From Salinimicrobium sp. (GTDB taxonomy: Bacteria > Bacteroidota > Bacteroidia > Flavobacteriales > Flavobacteriaceae): a stretch of 50,973 nt of DNA. Positions 1 through 9,482 of this stretch are shown piece after piece. The notes under the pieces were generated by a model, which saw nothing but the letters and a program-made list of their open reading frames with translations, did no database searches and was not told the origin of the DNA. The translations under genes and the position numbers were made by a program. Location of the stretch: the NCBI GenBank assembly GCA_024635665.1, contig JAGXIM010000058.1, forward strand, positions 1 through 50,973, given 5' to 3'. How positions within the stretch are numbered: the first letter of the stretch is position 1; the number at the start of each line of letters is the position of its first letter.

Positions 1-123
1 ATCTGTGTCTCTTTTGTGCTTTGGAACAGGAGTCGGAAGAAACGCAAAAAAGAACTGGAAGAAAGACGCTCCTTAAGCCAGAGGTTCAGGGAAAAAGTAA
101 GAAAGAAAAAAAGGGCGGTTTAA
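1..123 (+). CDS. 3' end of a small membrane protein, truncated by the window edge
   Basis: Frame 1 is open from base 1: ICVSFVLWNRSRKKRKKELEERRSLSQRFREKVRKKKRAV*. Hydrophobic stretch then basic tail; a hairpin plus T-run overlaps the stop. Confidence 0.55.
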   Translation: MCVSFVLWNRSRKKRKKELEERRSLSQRFREKVRKKKRAV

Positions 124-271
124 GCCTTTTTTATTCACATCTCCAAAAACAGTATTTCAACCCATTTTTCCTAAATTAGCCTTTAAGAACCCACTTTATG
201 AGGAAAATAATATTTCCTTCTTTTTGGATTTTTTAGATCTTTCACAATAACCTCTAAACATCCCTCAAAAA

Positions 272-847
272 ATGAAAATATACACCAAAACCGGCGATAA
301 AGGCACCACGGCATTATTTGGCGGCACCCGTGTTCCAAAGCACCATATACGCATCGAGAGCTATGGTACTGTAGACGAGTTAAATTCCCACCTGGGAATG
401 CTGCGTGACCAGGAAATCGACGACCATAGCCACAAAATGCTACTAAAGATCCAGGACAGGTTGTTCACCATAGGCTCCACCCTGGCCACCGATCCCAAAA
501 AAGCTACTTTAAAAAATGGAAAAGAACGTCTGGATATTCCAAAAATATCCGCACAAGATATTGAACTCCTGGAGCAGGAAATCGACAACATGAACGAAAA
601 TCTACCTCCCATGACGCATTTTGTGCTTCCGGGCGGGCACCAAACAGTGTCAGTATGTCACGTTGCCCGTTGTGTCTGCCGCAGGGCAGAACGGCTGGCG
701 ACGGCACTTTATGAGCTGGAGCCTTTTGAAGAAAGCGTTTTGCAATACCTAAACCGCCTAAGCGATTATCTTTTTGTGCTGGCACGAAAATTGTCCAAAG
801 ATTTGGAGGCCAATGAAATCCCGTGGATACCCAAAAAGGGCACTTGA
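272..847 (+). CDS. Cob(I)alamin adenosyltransferase, PduO/MMAB type
   Basis: N-terminal KIYTKTGDKGTT motif, plus YGTVDELNS, RCVCRRAER and YLNRLSDYLF. Confidence 0.95.
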   Translation: MKIYTKTGDKGTTALFGGTRVPKHHIRIESYGTVDELNSHLGMLRDQEIDDHSHKMLLKIQDRLFTIGSTLATDPKKATLKNGKERLDIPKISAQDIELLEQEIDNMNENLPPMTHFVLPGGHQTVSVCHVARCVCRRAERLATALYELEPFEESVLQYLNRLSDYLFVLARKLSKDLEANEIPWIPKKGT

Positions 848-947
848 GAACAACATTTTCTGGCATTGAAAATTACCAGATTTTCCTTCGAAATTCCAGG
901 TCTCAGAAAACGTTCTTAAAATTAATGATAAAAAGAAGATTTTTTTC

Positions 948-977
948 TTGACTTTCTCGTCAAAAAAATTATTTTTG
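948..977 (+). promoter_or_regulatory. Bacteroidota primary sigma promoter (-33 TTG / -7 TAnnTTTG)
   Basis: TTG at 948-950 and TATTTTTG at 970-977, 23 bp before the ATG at 1001. Confidence 0.6.
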
Positions 978-1000
978 CAAAAATTTAAACCCGATAATCA

Positions 1001-1222
1001 ATGTATTGGACATTAGAATTAGCATCCTACTTAAGTGATGCGCCGTGGCCCGCGACAAAAGATGAATTAATTGATTACGCCATTAGGACGGGAGCTCCCC
1101 TGGAGGTTGTTGAAAACCTGCAGGCGATTGAAGATGAAGGAGATTCCTATGACTCAATTGAAGAAATTTGGCCAGACTATCCTACAGACGAAGATTATCT
1201 CTGGAATGAGGATGAATATTAA
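1001..1222 (+). CDS. DUF2795 family small acidic protein
   Basis: MYWTLELASYLSDAPWPATKDELIDYAIRTGAPLEVVENL is the well-conserved Bacteroidota DUF2795 sequence. Confidence 0.9.
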   Translation: MYWTLELASYLSDAPWPATKDELIDYAIRTGAPLEVVENLQAIEDEGDSYDSIEEIWPDYPTDEDYLWNEDEY

Positions 1223-1244
1223 AAAGAATATAAATAAATAGCAG

Positions 1245-1275
1245 AAAAAAGTCTCAGAAGTGAGGCTTTTTTTTT
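1245..1275 (+). terminator. Rho-independent terminator
   Basis: aaaaaagtctca-gaag-tgaggc followed by a T9 run. Confidence 0.75.
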
Positions 1276-1278
1276 GCG

Positions 1279-1286
1279 TAACTTTG
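1279..1286 (+). promoter_or_regulatory. -7 promoter box for secA
   Basis: TAACTTTG matches TAnnTTTG, 22 bp before the secA ATG. Confidence 0.6.
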
Positions 1287-1308
1287 ACGTACCAAAACAA
1301 TAAAAACT

Positions 1309-4300
1309 ATGAGTTTTTTAGATTCAATGTTGAAAGTTTTTGTTGGCGATAAGTCTAAAAAAGACATTAAGCAAATCCAGCCTATCGTTAACCAAATCCT
1401 GGCTCTTGAAAAAGAATTCGAAGCCCTGTCTTTAGACGAACTTCGCGCCAGGACCAGCTCTTTCAAAAATAAAATACAGGATGCCCTTAAAGAGGTCAAT
1501 GAGCAGATAGAAAAACTGACTGCTGAAGCAGATGCCTCTGAGGACATTACCCGAAAAGAAGATATTTACGCTGAAATTGACGCCTTAAAAGAACGCTCTT
1601 ATGAGATCTCTGAAAGTGTGCTATTTGACATCCTTCCGGAGGCTTTTGCCACGGTAAAAGAAACAACAAAGCGTTTCGTTGCCAATGAGCAGTTAAAAGT
1701 GACTGCCTCCAGTTACGACCGTGAACTTTCCGCAGAAAAAGACTATGTAAACCTCGACGGCGACCACGCCATCTGGAACAATTCCTGGGATGCAGCTGGA
1801 AAACCCATCACCTGGGATATGGTGCACTATGATGTGCAATTGATAGGTGGTATTGCCATGCACCAGGGAAAAATTGCAGAGATGCAAACAGGGGAAGGTA
1901 AAACCCTGGTTGCCACTTTGCCAATGTACCTTAACGCACTTACCGGAAACGGAGTCCACCTGGTAACAGTAAATGATTACCTGGCAAAAAGGGACAGCGC
2001 ATGGATGGCCCCTATCTTCCAATTTCATGGGATGAGCGTGGATTGTATCGATTACCACCGGCCAAATTCAGCGGCTCGAAGGAAGGCTTACAACGCCGAT
2101 ATCACCTATGGAACCAATAACGAATTTGGTTTCGATTACCTGCGGGACAATATGTCCCACTCCCCGGATGATTTAGTGCAACGCCCGCACAACTTTGCGA
2201 TCGTAGATGAGGTGGATTCAGTTTTGGTTGATGATGCCCGTACGCCGTTGATCATTTCGGGACCAATCCCAAAAGGGGACGTACACGAATTTGACCAGCT
2301 AAAACCTGCTGTTGCCAACATTGTGGACGTGCAGCGAAAACTCCTCACCGGCGTCCTGGCCGAAGCAAAAAAACTAATTGCTTCCGGAAATACCGAAGAT
2401 GGTGGATTTAAGTTGCTCCAGGTGTACAGGGGACTTCCAAAGAACAAAGCCCTCATTAAATATTTGAGTGAAGAAGGGATCAAGTTGTTGCTCCAGAAGA
2501 CCGAAAACAAGTACATGGCCGACAACAACCGCGAAATGCCGAAAGTGGACGCCGACCTTTACTTTGTGATCGAAGAAAAAAACAATCAAATAGACCTTTC
2601 CGATAAAGGGATTGAATACCTATCGGGTAAAGATGATCCCGATTTCTTCGTGATGCCCGAGATTGGGATGGAGATCGCCCAAATTGAGAAAGAAGAACTT
2701 TCCAAAGAAGAAGAAGCTGAGAAAAAAGAAGAACTTTTTAGGGAATACAGTGTAAAAAGCGAGCGTATCCACACCATGCGCCAATTGCTGAAGGCCTACA
2801 CTTTGTTTGAAAAAGACACTGAATACGTGGTGATGGAAAACAAAGTAAAAATCGTTGATGAGCAAACCGGCCGTATCATGGAAGGTCGTCGTTACAGCGA
2901 TGGCCTTCACCAGGCGATCGAAGCCAAGGAAAATGTGAAGATCGAGGATGCTACACAAACTTTTGCGACGGTAACCCTTCAGAATTACTTTAGGATGTAC
3001 AACAAACTTTCGGGGATGACCGGTACGGCCGTCACCGAAGCCGGGGAATTCTGGGAGATCTATAAACTGGATGTGGTTGAGATTCCTACAAACCGACCTA
3101 TTGTTCGAGCTGACAAGGAAGACATGGTCTACAAGACAAAGCGGGAGAAATATAACGCGGTAATTGAAGACGTGACCAAGATGTCCCAGGCCGGAAGACC
3201 GGTGTTGATTGGTACTACTTCCGTAGAGATTTCGGAGCTCCTAAGCCGAATGCTAAAACTTCGGAATGTGCCGCACAACGTATTGAATGCCAAACTCCAC
3301 AAGAAAGAGGCCGATATCGTCGCTGAAGCTGGTAATGCAGGGATTGTGACCATTGCCACCAACATGGCAGGTCGTGGTACCGATATCAAGTTGAGTCCCG
3401 AAGTGAAAAAAGCAGGCGGACTGGCCATTGTGGGAACAGAGCGTCATGATTCCCGCCGTGTGGACAGGCAGTTGCGAGGGCGTGCAGGACGACAGGGAGA
3501 TCCAGGTAGTTCGCAGTTCTATGTATCTCTTGAAGATAATTTGATGCGTTTGTTCGGGTCTGAAAAGATCGCAAAACTAATGGATCGTATGGGTCTTGAA
3601 GAAGGTGAGGTCATTCAGCATTCCATGATTTCCAAGTCCATTGAACGGGCCCAGAAAAAAGTGGAAGAAAACAACTTCGGCGTGCGTAAGCGATTGCTGG
3701 AATATGATGATGTAATGAACGCACAGCGGGAAGTGGTTTATAAACGCCGCTACCACGCCTTGTTTGGGGATAGATTGCGGGTGGATATCGCCAATATGAT
3801 CTATGATACTTCCGAAGGAATTGCCGAAACCAACAAACTGGCAAATGATTTTAAGAATTTTGAGTTTGAATTGATCAGGTACTTCTCCATGAGTTCCCCG
3901 GTTTCTGAAAAAGAATTTGAGAAAATGGATTTTCAGAAAATCGCCGGGATCGTTTATAAAGCTGCTTACGAACATTATCAGGAAAAGATGAAGCGCAATG
4001 CTGAAGCTGCTTACCCGGTGATCAAGCAGGTTTGGGAAGACAAAGGGAATAGTTTTGAACGCATTTCGGTTCCCTTTACCGATGGGGTAAAAACCCTACA
4101 GGTGGTGACAAATCTGGAAAAAGCCTATGAAACTGAAGGAAAACAACTTGTAAACGATTTTGAGAAGAACATAAGTCTTGCTATCATTGATGATGCCTGG
4201 AAGACCCACTTGCGTAAAATGGATGAATTAAAGCAGAGTGTTCAATTGGCAGTGCATGAACAAAAAGATCCTTTGCTTATCTACAAGTTTGAGGCTTTTG

Positions 4301-4668
4301 AATTGTTTAAGGTAATGCTTGATTTGGTGAATAAAGACGTCATTTCGTTCCTGTTCAAGGGCGAACTTCCGGCACCTAATCCACAAAACATTCGGGAAGC
4401 GAGACAGCCAAAACGAAAAGAAAGGGTGGAAACTTCAAAAGAAGAGATCCCAAACCTGGACGAACGCGCCGCGTTAAGCCGGGCAACCGGACAAGGGCAG
4501 CAACGGCGCCCACAAGTAACGGAAACCATCACCCGGGAAAGGCCAAAAATTGGACGGAATGAGAAAGTTACCGTCAAAAACGTGATGAGTGGCGAGAACA
4601 AAACCCTCAAATTCAAACAAGCCATCCCTTTATTGGACAAAGGAGACTGGGTCCTGGTTGATAAATAG
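1309..4668 (+). CDS. secA: Preprotein translocase subunit SecA
   Basis: MQTGEGKT Walker [18 protein letters not shown] and [13 protein letters not shown] motifs; long Bacteroidota-type protein. Confidence 0.99.
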   Translation: MSFLDSMLKVFVGDKSKKDIKQIQPIVNQILALEKEFEALSLDELRARTSSFKNKIQDALKEVNEQIEKLTAEADASEDITRKEDIYAEIDALKERSYEISESVLFDILPEAFATVKETTKRFVANEQLKVTASSYDRELSAEKDYVNLDGDHAIWNNSWDAAGKPITWDMVHYDVQLIGGIAMHQGKIAEMQTGEGKTLVATLPMYLNALTGNGVHLVTVNDYLAKRDSAWMAPIFQFHGMSVDCIDYHRPNSAARRKAYNADITYGTNNEFGFDYLRDNMSHSPDDLVQRPHNFAIVDEVDSVLVDDARTPLIISGPIPKGDVHEFDQLKPAVANIVDVQRKLLTGVLAEAKKLIASGNTEDGGFKLLQVYRGLPKNKALIKYLSEEGIKLLLQKTENKYMADNNREMPKVDADLYFVIEEKNNQIDLSDKGIEYLSGKDDPDFFVMPEIGMEIAQIEKEELSKEEEAEKKEELFREYSVKSERIHTMRQLLKAYTLFEKDTEYVVMENKVKIVDEQTGRIMEGRRYSDGLHQAIEAKENVKIEDATQTFATVTLQNYFRMYNKLSGMTGTAVTEAGEFWEIYKLDVVEIPTNRPIVRADKEDMVYKTKREKYNAVIEDVTKMSQAGRPVLIGTTSVEISELLSRMLKLRNVPHNVLNAKLHKKEADIVAEAGNAGIVTIATNMAGRGTDIKLSPEVKKAGGLAIVGTERHDSRRVDRQLRGRAGRQGDPGSSQFYVSLEDNLMRLFGSEKIAKLMDRMGLEEGEVIQHSMISKSIERAQKKVEENNFGVRKRLLEYDDVMNAQREVVYKRRYHALFGDRLRVDIANMIYDTSEGIAETNKLANDFKNFEFELIRYFSMSSPVSEKEFEKMDFQKIAGIVYKAAYEHYQEKMKRNAEAAYPVIKQVWEDKGNSFERISVPFTDGVKTLQVVTNLEKAYETEGKQLVNDFEKNISLAIIDDAWKTHLRKMDELKQSVQLAVHEQKDPLLIYKFEAFELFKVMLDLVNKDVISFLFKGELPAPNPQNIREARQPKRKERVETSKEEIPNLDERAALSRATGQGQQRRPQVTETITRERPKIGRNEKVTVKNVMSGENKTLKFKQAIPLLDKGDWVLVDK

Positions 4669-4670
4669 AA

Positions 4671-4712
4671 CCCTCTGTCCTTCAGACTTCTCCCCTTAAA
4701 TAAGGGGAGAAG
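4671..4712. repeat. REP-like palindromic element
   Basis: Perfect 12-bp inverted repeat cttctcccctta-aa-taaggggagaag (4687-4712), preceded by ccctctgtccttcagac; no U-tract. Confidence 0.45.
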
Positions 4713-4737
4713 CAAAAAGTATGGGGGTTAGAAGTAT

Positions 4738-4768
4738 ATCCCGAAGCTGTTGCTTCGGGATTTTTTTT
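4738..4768 (+). terminator. secA terminator
   Basis: atcccgaagc-tgtt-gcttcgggat followed by a T-run. Confidence 0.85.
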
Positions 4769-4830
4769 GGGTGTGATTTCCAATAGGGGTCGCTTTTTTT
4801 GCCTATTTTTAAAGATCAACCTTAATAACT

Positions 4831-5349
4831 ATGAGCAAATACCGTATTGAGATCAAATGGGCGATTATTTTTTCGGTTGCTATGATTGCATGGATGCTGG
4901 GTGAGAAATATTTCGGGCTCCACGATACATACATCGCCGAACATTCCTTCTACACCAGCTTTTTTGGGATTGTCGCCATCGGAATCTATCTGCTTGCCGT
5001 GTACGACAAAAGAGAAAATTTCCACAGCGGCATTATGAACTGGCAGGAAGGTTTTAAATCGGGGGCGATCCTCACTCTCGGCATCGTGATCCTCTCCCCT
5101 TTCGTGCAGCTGCTCATCAGTCAGGTAATCACCCCTGAATATTTTACAAACATCACGCAATATTCAGTAGAAGCAGGAGAAATGGGCCAGGAGGAAGCCG
5201 AAACCTACTTTAGCACCAAAAATTACATCATGCAGAGCATGGTTTGGGCAGCGATTTCGGGGATAATCACCTCGGCTATAGCAGCACTTCTGCTCCGCCG
5301 CAAAATGCCCAATAGCCGCCAGGTGAAAGGAACTACTCCCTATAGATAA
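4831..5349 (+). CDS. DUF4199 family membrane protein
   Basis: Four TM segments; EIKWAIIF...EKYFGLHD and ITPEYF signatures. Confidence 0.8.
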   Translation: MSKYRIEIKWAIIFSVAMIAWMLGEKYFGLHDTYIAEHSFYTSFFGIVAIGIYLLAVYDKRENFHSGIMNWQEGFKSGAILTLGIVILSPFVQLLISQVITPEYFTNITQYSVEAGEMGQEEAETYFSTKNYIMQSMVWAAISGIITSAIAALLLRRKMPNSRQVKGTTPYR

Positions 5350-5479
5350 AAGATCATGGAAAGTTTCAAAACTATCTTCTGCGGAAACTGTTTTCTTAAA
5401 ATGTCATTTTTGAATGGTTAATCAAGTACATAACTAATCTTAATGTAACCTGAAATACAATCAGAAAAATCACCATTAT

Positions 5480-5602
5480 ATGAAGATTAAAAACAACGCG
5501 AAAAAAATCAAAATAGCCGAAAAACAGGGAGAAGTTTCTTCTGAAACCCTGGGAAAGGAAATGGAAATGGAAACCAAAAGAGAACCTCATGAACCTGAAT
5601 AG
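5480..5602 (+). CDS. Possible 40-aa charged peptide overlapping the VIT1 start
   Basis: ATG at 5480, TAG at 5600-5602: [40 protein letters not shown]. Below the ORF-track length cutoff. Confidence 0.3.
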   Translation: MKIKNNAKKIKIAEKQGEVSSETLGKEMEMETKREPHEPE

Positions 5603-6356
5603 TTTGAAGCCAACCCAATCCCCGCTGGAGGAGACCAAACTCCATTCCAGCCAAAAGGTGCTCTTTTTCAATAAAGACTATATCTCCGAATTCGTCTACG
5701 GCGGAATTGACGGTGCCATCACCACCTTTGCCGTGGTAGCAGGGGCCGAAGGAGCCAGTTTAGGAATACAGGTTGTGGTGATCCTGGGGCTGGCCAATCT
5801 CATCGCCGACGGCTTTTCTATGAGCGTTGGGAATTTTTTTTCCACCAAGGCAGAAAGGGATTCTTTTGAACGGCATAAACAGGTGGAATACTGGGAAGTT
5901 GAAAACCTGCGGGAAAAGGAAGTACAGGAAATAAGAGACATTTACGCCTCCAAAGGTTTTGAAGGCGAACTGCTCGAACAGGTGGTAGAGGTGATCACTG
6001 CCGATAAAGATGTGTGGGTGGATACCATGATGAAAGAGGAACTGGAAATGACAAAAAGTAACAAGGCTCCCTATAAAACTGCGGGAATGACCTTCTTTAG
6101 CTTTGTGATTGTGGGTTCCGTCCCGCTACTCTCTTATCTTTTTACTGGTACGGGACCTTCCATACAGGAAGATCTTTTTCTTTATTCCTGTATTTTAACC
6201 GGAGTGGCCCTGGCATTTATTGGCAGCCTTAAAAGTATTGTGACCGAAAAGAATGTGTTTTTCGGCATTTTTGAAACCCTTTTATTAGGCGGTTTAGCTG
6301 CTTTTCTAGCTTACTTCGTTGGGGATGTACTGGAGAAAACATTCATGGCCCTGTAG
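5589..6356 (+). CDS. VIT1/CCC1 family Fe/Mn transporter
   Basis: [17 protein letters not shown] and [12 protein letters not shown] motifs; cytoplasmic Glu-rich metal-binding loop. Confidence 0.92.
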   Translation: MNLNSLKPTQSPLEETKLHSSQKVLFFNKDYISEFVYGGIDGAITTFAVVAGAEGASLGIQVVVILGLANLIADGFSMSVGNFFSTKAERDSFERHKQVEYWEVENLREKEVQEIRDIYASKGFEGELLEQVVEVITADKDVWVDTMMKEELEMTKSNKAPYKTAGMTFFSFVIVGSVPLLSYLFTGTGPSIQEDLFLYSCILTGVALAFIGSLKSIVTEKNVFFGIFETLLLGGLAAFLAYFVGDVLEKTFMAL

Positions 6357-6506
6357 GGAATTTTTAGTCAGCCAGTTCTTAACAAGTCTTTTTATGATTC
6401 ATAAACTTTACCCGAATATTTTATTAAAAATCAGCGAATTAACACTTGGTTAGCAATCACTTACCCTGTTCTGCAACTATCTTTCAGGTTTTAAAAATCG
6501 GAAACT

Positions 6507-6652
6507 ATGGAAGATCGTTACTCAAAATATAAAAAGTTGAACTGGCTGCTTTCAGAAAGTTTTGAAGCCGAGAAAGTTTACTACCATGCCAGTGAGCCAC
6601 GCGTAAGAAAATTGAAAACAGTCTAAAACTTTTGAAGAGAATACTAATTTAA
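6507..6652 (+). pseudogene. Internally deleted remnant of a PA2169/DUF2383-like ferritin-fold protein
   Basis: 6507-6626 encodes MEDRYSKYKKLNWLLSESFEAEKVYYHASE..., resembling the family N-terminus KLNxLLxxxxDAEKGYxxAAE. A second frame (6602-6652) gives RKKIENSLKLLKRILI*, ending at the hairpin. Confidence 0.5.
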
Positions 6653-6693
6653 GGGAGGGGTGTCAAAAATGCCATTTTTGACACCCCTCCCTT
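6651..6693. repeat. Perfect 21-bp inverted repeat, probably also acting as a + strand terminator
   Basis: aagggaggggtgtcaaaaatg-c-catttttgacacccctccctt followed by a T-rich tract. Confidence 0.8.
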
Positions 6694-6729
6694 TTTATTT
6701 TTCGGCCTGGAATTTGTTTACCTTCGGGT

Positions 6730-7314
6730 ATGAATAAAAACCTTAAAAGAAGCTTTCTGGGATTGGGCATTCTTATAGCTACAATTATGGTAGCGTATTT
6801 TGTGTTTAAGACCGATACCAAATCATATAGCCCAGAAGATACCGTTAGCTTTCAAAAAGGAGGTCTCCAGCTCGAAGTTTTTTACAACCGCCCTTACAAA
6901 AAGAACCGTGAAATATTTGGTGGCCTGGTGCCTTACAACGAGGTTTGGCGCACCGGCGCCAACGAAGCGACCACCTTTACCACGAATCAGGACCTTCTTG
7001 TGGATGGCTCTTTTCTACCCGCAGGAAAATATACCCTGTGGACGATTCCCATGGAAGATTCGTGGAAAGTGATCTTTAATTCTGCCATGTATCCATGGGG
7101 GATCACAACAGATAAGATTCCTTCAAGATTGCCAGAGCACGATGTCCTGACAGTAGAAATCCCCGTCAAAAAGCTCGAAACCCCTGTGGAACAGTTTACG
7201 GTTGATTTTCAAGAAGCACATAATTTCATATTTATGAACCTCGCCTGGGATCAAACTTTGGTAAGCGTCCCACTGAAAAGTGCCGAAAATCTGCTTCGGG
7301 TAAAGCCATCCTAA
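6730..7314 (+). CDS. DUF2911 domain protein
   Basis: SP..V, YNRPYKKNREIFGGLVPYNEVWRTGANEAT and GKYTLWTIP motifs; N-terminal anchor. Confidence 0.9.
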   Translation: MNKNLKRSFLGLGILIATIMVAYFVFKTDTKSYSPEDTVSFQKGGLQLEVFYNRPYKKNREIFGGLVPYNEVWRTGANEATTFTTNQDLLVDGSFLPAGKYTLWTIPMEDSWKVIFNSAMYPWGITTDKIPSRLPEHDVLTVEIPVKKLETPVEQFTVDFQEAHNFIFMNLAWDQTLVSVPLKSAENLLRVKPS

Positions 7315-7347
7315 AATGTCATTTTCGAGTGGTTTATTTTATACAAA

Positions 7348-8043
7348 TTAATGGATTTTCAAAAGCAAATTTGGATCCGGACAATTTTTCAGGTAGAACC
7401 GGATTCCTATTTCTGAAGCAACTCCCGGATAGTCGCCCCTTTTCCCCTCCAGATCCTTTATGACTTGAAAATGCAGGTGCGGCACATAATTTCCATTTTC
7501 TGAAGCGCCTCCCAGTTCAGCTATTTTTTCACCTTGTTCAAAATCCTGTCCTATCTCTAAAGAAGAGAGGGATTGCCGGCTCAAATGCCCGTACAAGGTG
7601 TAAAAAATGTAATTTTCTGTTCTATGTTCCAGGATAATCGTGGGACCGTAATCCCCAAAGGCAGAATTGTCTTGAAAGCTATGCAGCTTTCCCGAAAGCA
7701 CTGCCAAAACAGGTGTATTTTCTTCGGCCCAAATGTCAATTCCCAGGTGAATGTTGCGATCTAATCCCTCTTTTTCAGCAGCTGAAAAGAGATTGCTCCG
7801 GTTATATAATCCACGTTTTTCATGGTATCCTCCGTAAGCAACTTTCTTTCCTGATTTTTGAAGGTATTTCGACAGATAATCATTAAATTTTTCGGGGGAA
7901 GCCAACTCTTGTCCCCCAAGTTCCCGGTTCTTCACCGAGAGATCAATGTGAACATAATCGCCCATAAAAAAACCGGCATCAACAACTGGCGTAAACCCAG
8001 AGGTGAGGCCGGCAAGGCAGTCAAAAAAGGTATTTTTGTGCAT
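7348..8043 (-). CDS. M23 family metallopeptidase, no evident signal peptide
   Basis: HLGID (HxxxD), YTLYGHL and PHLHFQ (HxH). Confidence 0.85.
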   Translation of the reverse strand: MHKNTFFDCLAGLTSGFTPVVDAGFFMGDYVHIDLSVKNRELGGQELASPEKFNDYLSKYLQKSGKKVAYGGYHEKRGLYNRSNLFSAAEKEGLDRNIHLGIDIWAEENTPVLAVLSGKLHSFQDNSAFGDYGPTIILEHRTENYIFYTLYGHLSRQSLSSLEIGQDFEQGEKIAELGGASENGNYVPHLHFQVIKDLEGKRGDYPGVASEIGIRFYLKNCPDPNLLLKIH

Positions 8044-8072
8044 CTTTTTTTGCTAAAAGTAAGCTTTGCTGT

Positions 8073-9482
8073 CTATTTCAACAATACATCGCTAAAATTC
8101 GCATTGATCCTGATGCTTGCATCTGAGTTTTTGTTTTTGTTGAAGCCCTTCAGTTTTTGATTGTCATAGGATTTATTGGACTTCAGATTAAGGCCTTCAG
8201 GAAATTTCACCTGACTTTTAGTGCCGCTGTAATCGAAATTGTAAGCAACTTCGGGCAAGTCAAGTTTAAGATCACTATTCTCCAGGGTAATATCAAGCTG
8301 CTCAAAATCTGGATCGATTTCTCTAACTATCAGCTCGCCAAAACTTCCATTGAAAATGCCATTTTTGACAACTTTATTGATGTTGACATCGCTGGAATTG
8401 GAATCTATCTTAATGCTCACCACCCTGTCAATGGTCAAATTCTGAACATAGGACGCGTTCAAAACGCCGTAATTCCACTGTTTTATTCGAACAGGTGTGT
8501 AGGCAACCTTCACATCGGTTTTGTTGCCGGAAATTGTGTTGGCCGAAAATTTACTGTGGGAAAGATCAGCTTTTAGATTGCTCGTGTTCCCATTTAGTTT
8601 CACGTCCCCATAGCGCACGTTCAGCTTTAGTTGACCGTTTCTGGGTATTTTCACTCGAAGTACCTTTTTTTGATCAGTTGTTTTGTCATTTATAATAATG
8701 GCTTCCCCCTCTTTATCACCATACCTTTTTTCCACTTCTTTTTCGACATTTGCTGCCCAGGATTCCATTTCTTTACCAAACTGTTCGCCCCATTTTTCCA
8801 TTTCCTTTCCAAATTCTTCTCCCCAGGCTTCCATACTTTTCTCGAAATCTTTCCCAAAACCTTCCATCACAACGACTTTGTTTTTCCAGATAGTGGTATC
8901 TTTTTTCAAATTGGCAGCCCATTCTTCCATGGATTTTTCGAAATCTTTACCGAAATTCTTTTCTACCTTTTTTTCAAATTTTTCAAGGTATGCATCCCCT
9001 TCTTTTTTATAGGCTTCATAATCAAAATTAAGGTCGCCCATGTTGGCGTAAAATTCCGGAGGAAGCGGATTGCTGGAAATACTTTCCAACAGCGGCCCCA
9101 TCATTTGTTGCAAAGGTGCCAATATTTCCGGAAGCTTCGAAAGCGGTTCTTCAAGCGAAGTCATATTGAAACTACCATTAAAACCAGCACCCCCGGTGGA
9201 TTTGATAAAGATTTCATTCGCTGTCCCTTTAGTTTCCAATTTCCAATCCTCCAAAGCTTCATCCAGTACTTTCTTATCGGTGCCAGAAGATTCCAACGTG
9301 GCCAACACCTGCACTTCGTTCCTGTCCCAATAATCCACAATCAGGTTCGTGTGCTTCGCATCTATATTCACGGTCACATCTTTGTTCGCCTTAAAAGACT
9401 TTTCCAGTTTTTTCGTCTGCGCCATCGCTGTTGTCACGCATAGCAGGCAGATCATCAAATATTTAAGCCTGATGGTTTTCAT
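8073..9482 (-). CDS. Secreted protein: DUF4097-like beta region interrupted by a helical repeat segment
   Basis: Signal peptide ending AMA-Q; beta-rich N- and C-terminal parts; central GKDFEKSMExW-type repeats. Confidence 0.6.
   Translation of the reverse strand: MKTIRLKYLMICLLCVTTAMAQTKKLEKSFKANKDVTVNIDAKHTNLIVDYWDRNEVQVLATLESSGTDKKVLDEALEDWKLETKGTANEIFIKSTGGAGFNGSFNMTSLEEPLSKLPEILAPLQQMMGPLLESISSNPLPPEFYANMGDLNFDYEAYKKEGDAYLEKFEKKVEKNFGKDFEKSMEEWAANLKKDTTIWKNKVVVMEGFGKDFEKSMEAWGEEFGKEMEKWGEQFGKEMESWAANVEKEVEKRYGDKEGEAIIINDKTTDQKKVLRVKIPRNGQLKLNVRYGDVKLNGNTSNLKADLSHSKFSANTISGNKTDVKVAYTPVRIKQWNYGVLNASYVQNLTIDRVVSIKIDSNSSDVNINKVVKNGIFNGSFGELIVREIDPDFEQLDITLENSDLKLDLPEVAYNFDYSGTKSQVKFPEGLNLKSNKSYDNQKLKGFNKNKNSDASIRINANFSDVLLK

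Noticed and set aside
8631-9443. 270-aa plus-strand ORF rich in Phe
   Set aside because: Antisense shadow of the Lys/Glu-rich repeat gene; no protein-like features of its own.
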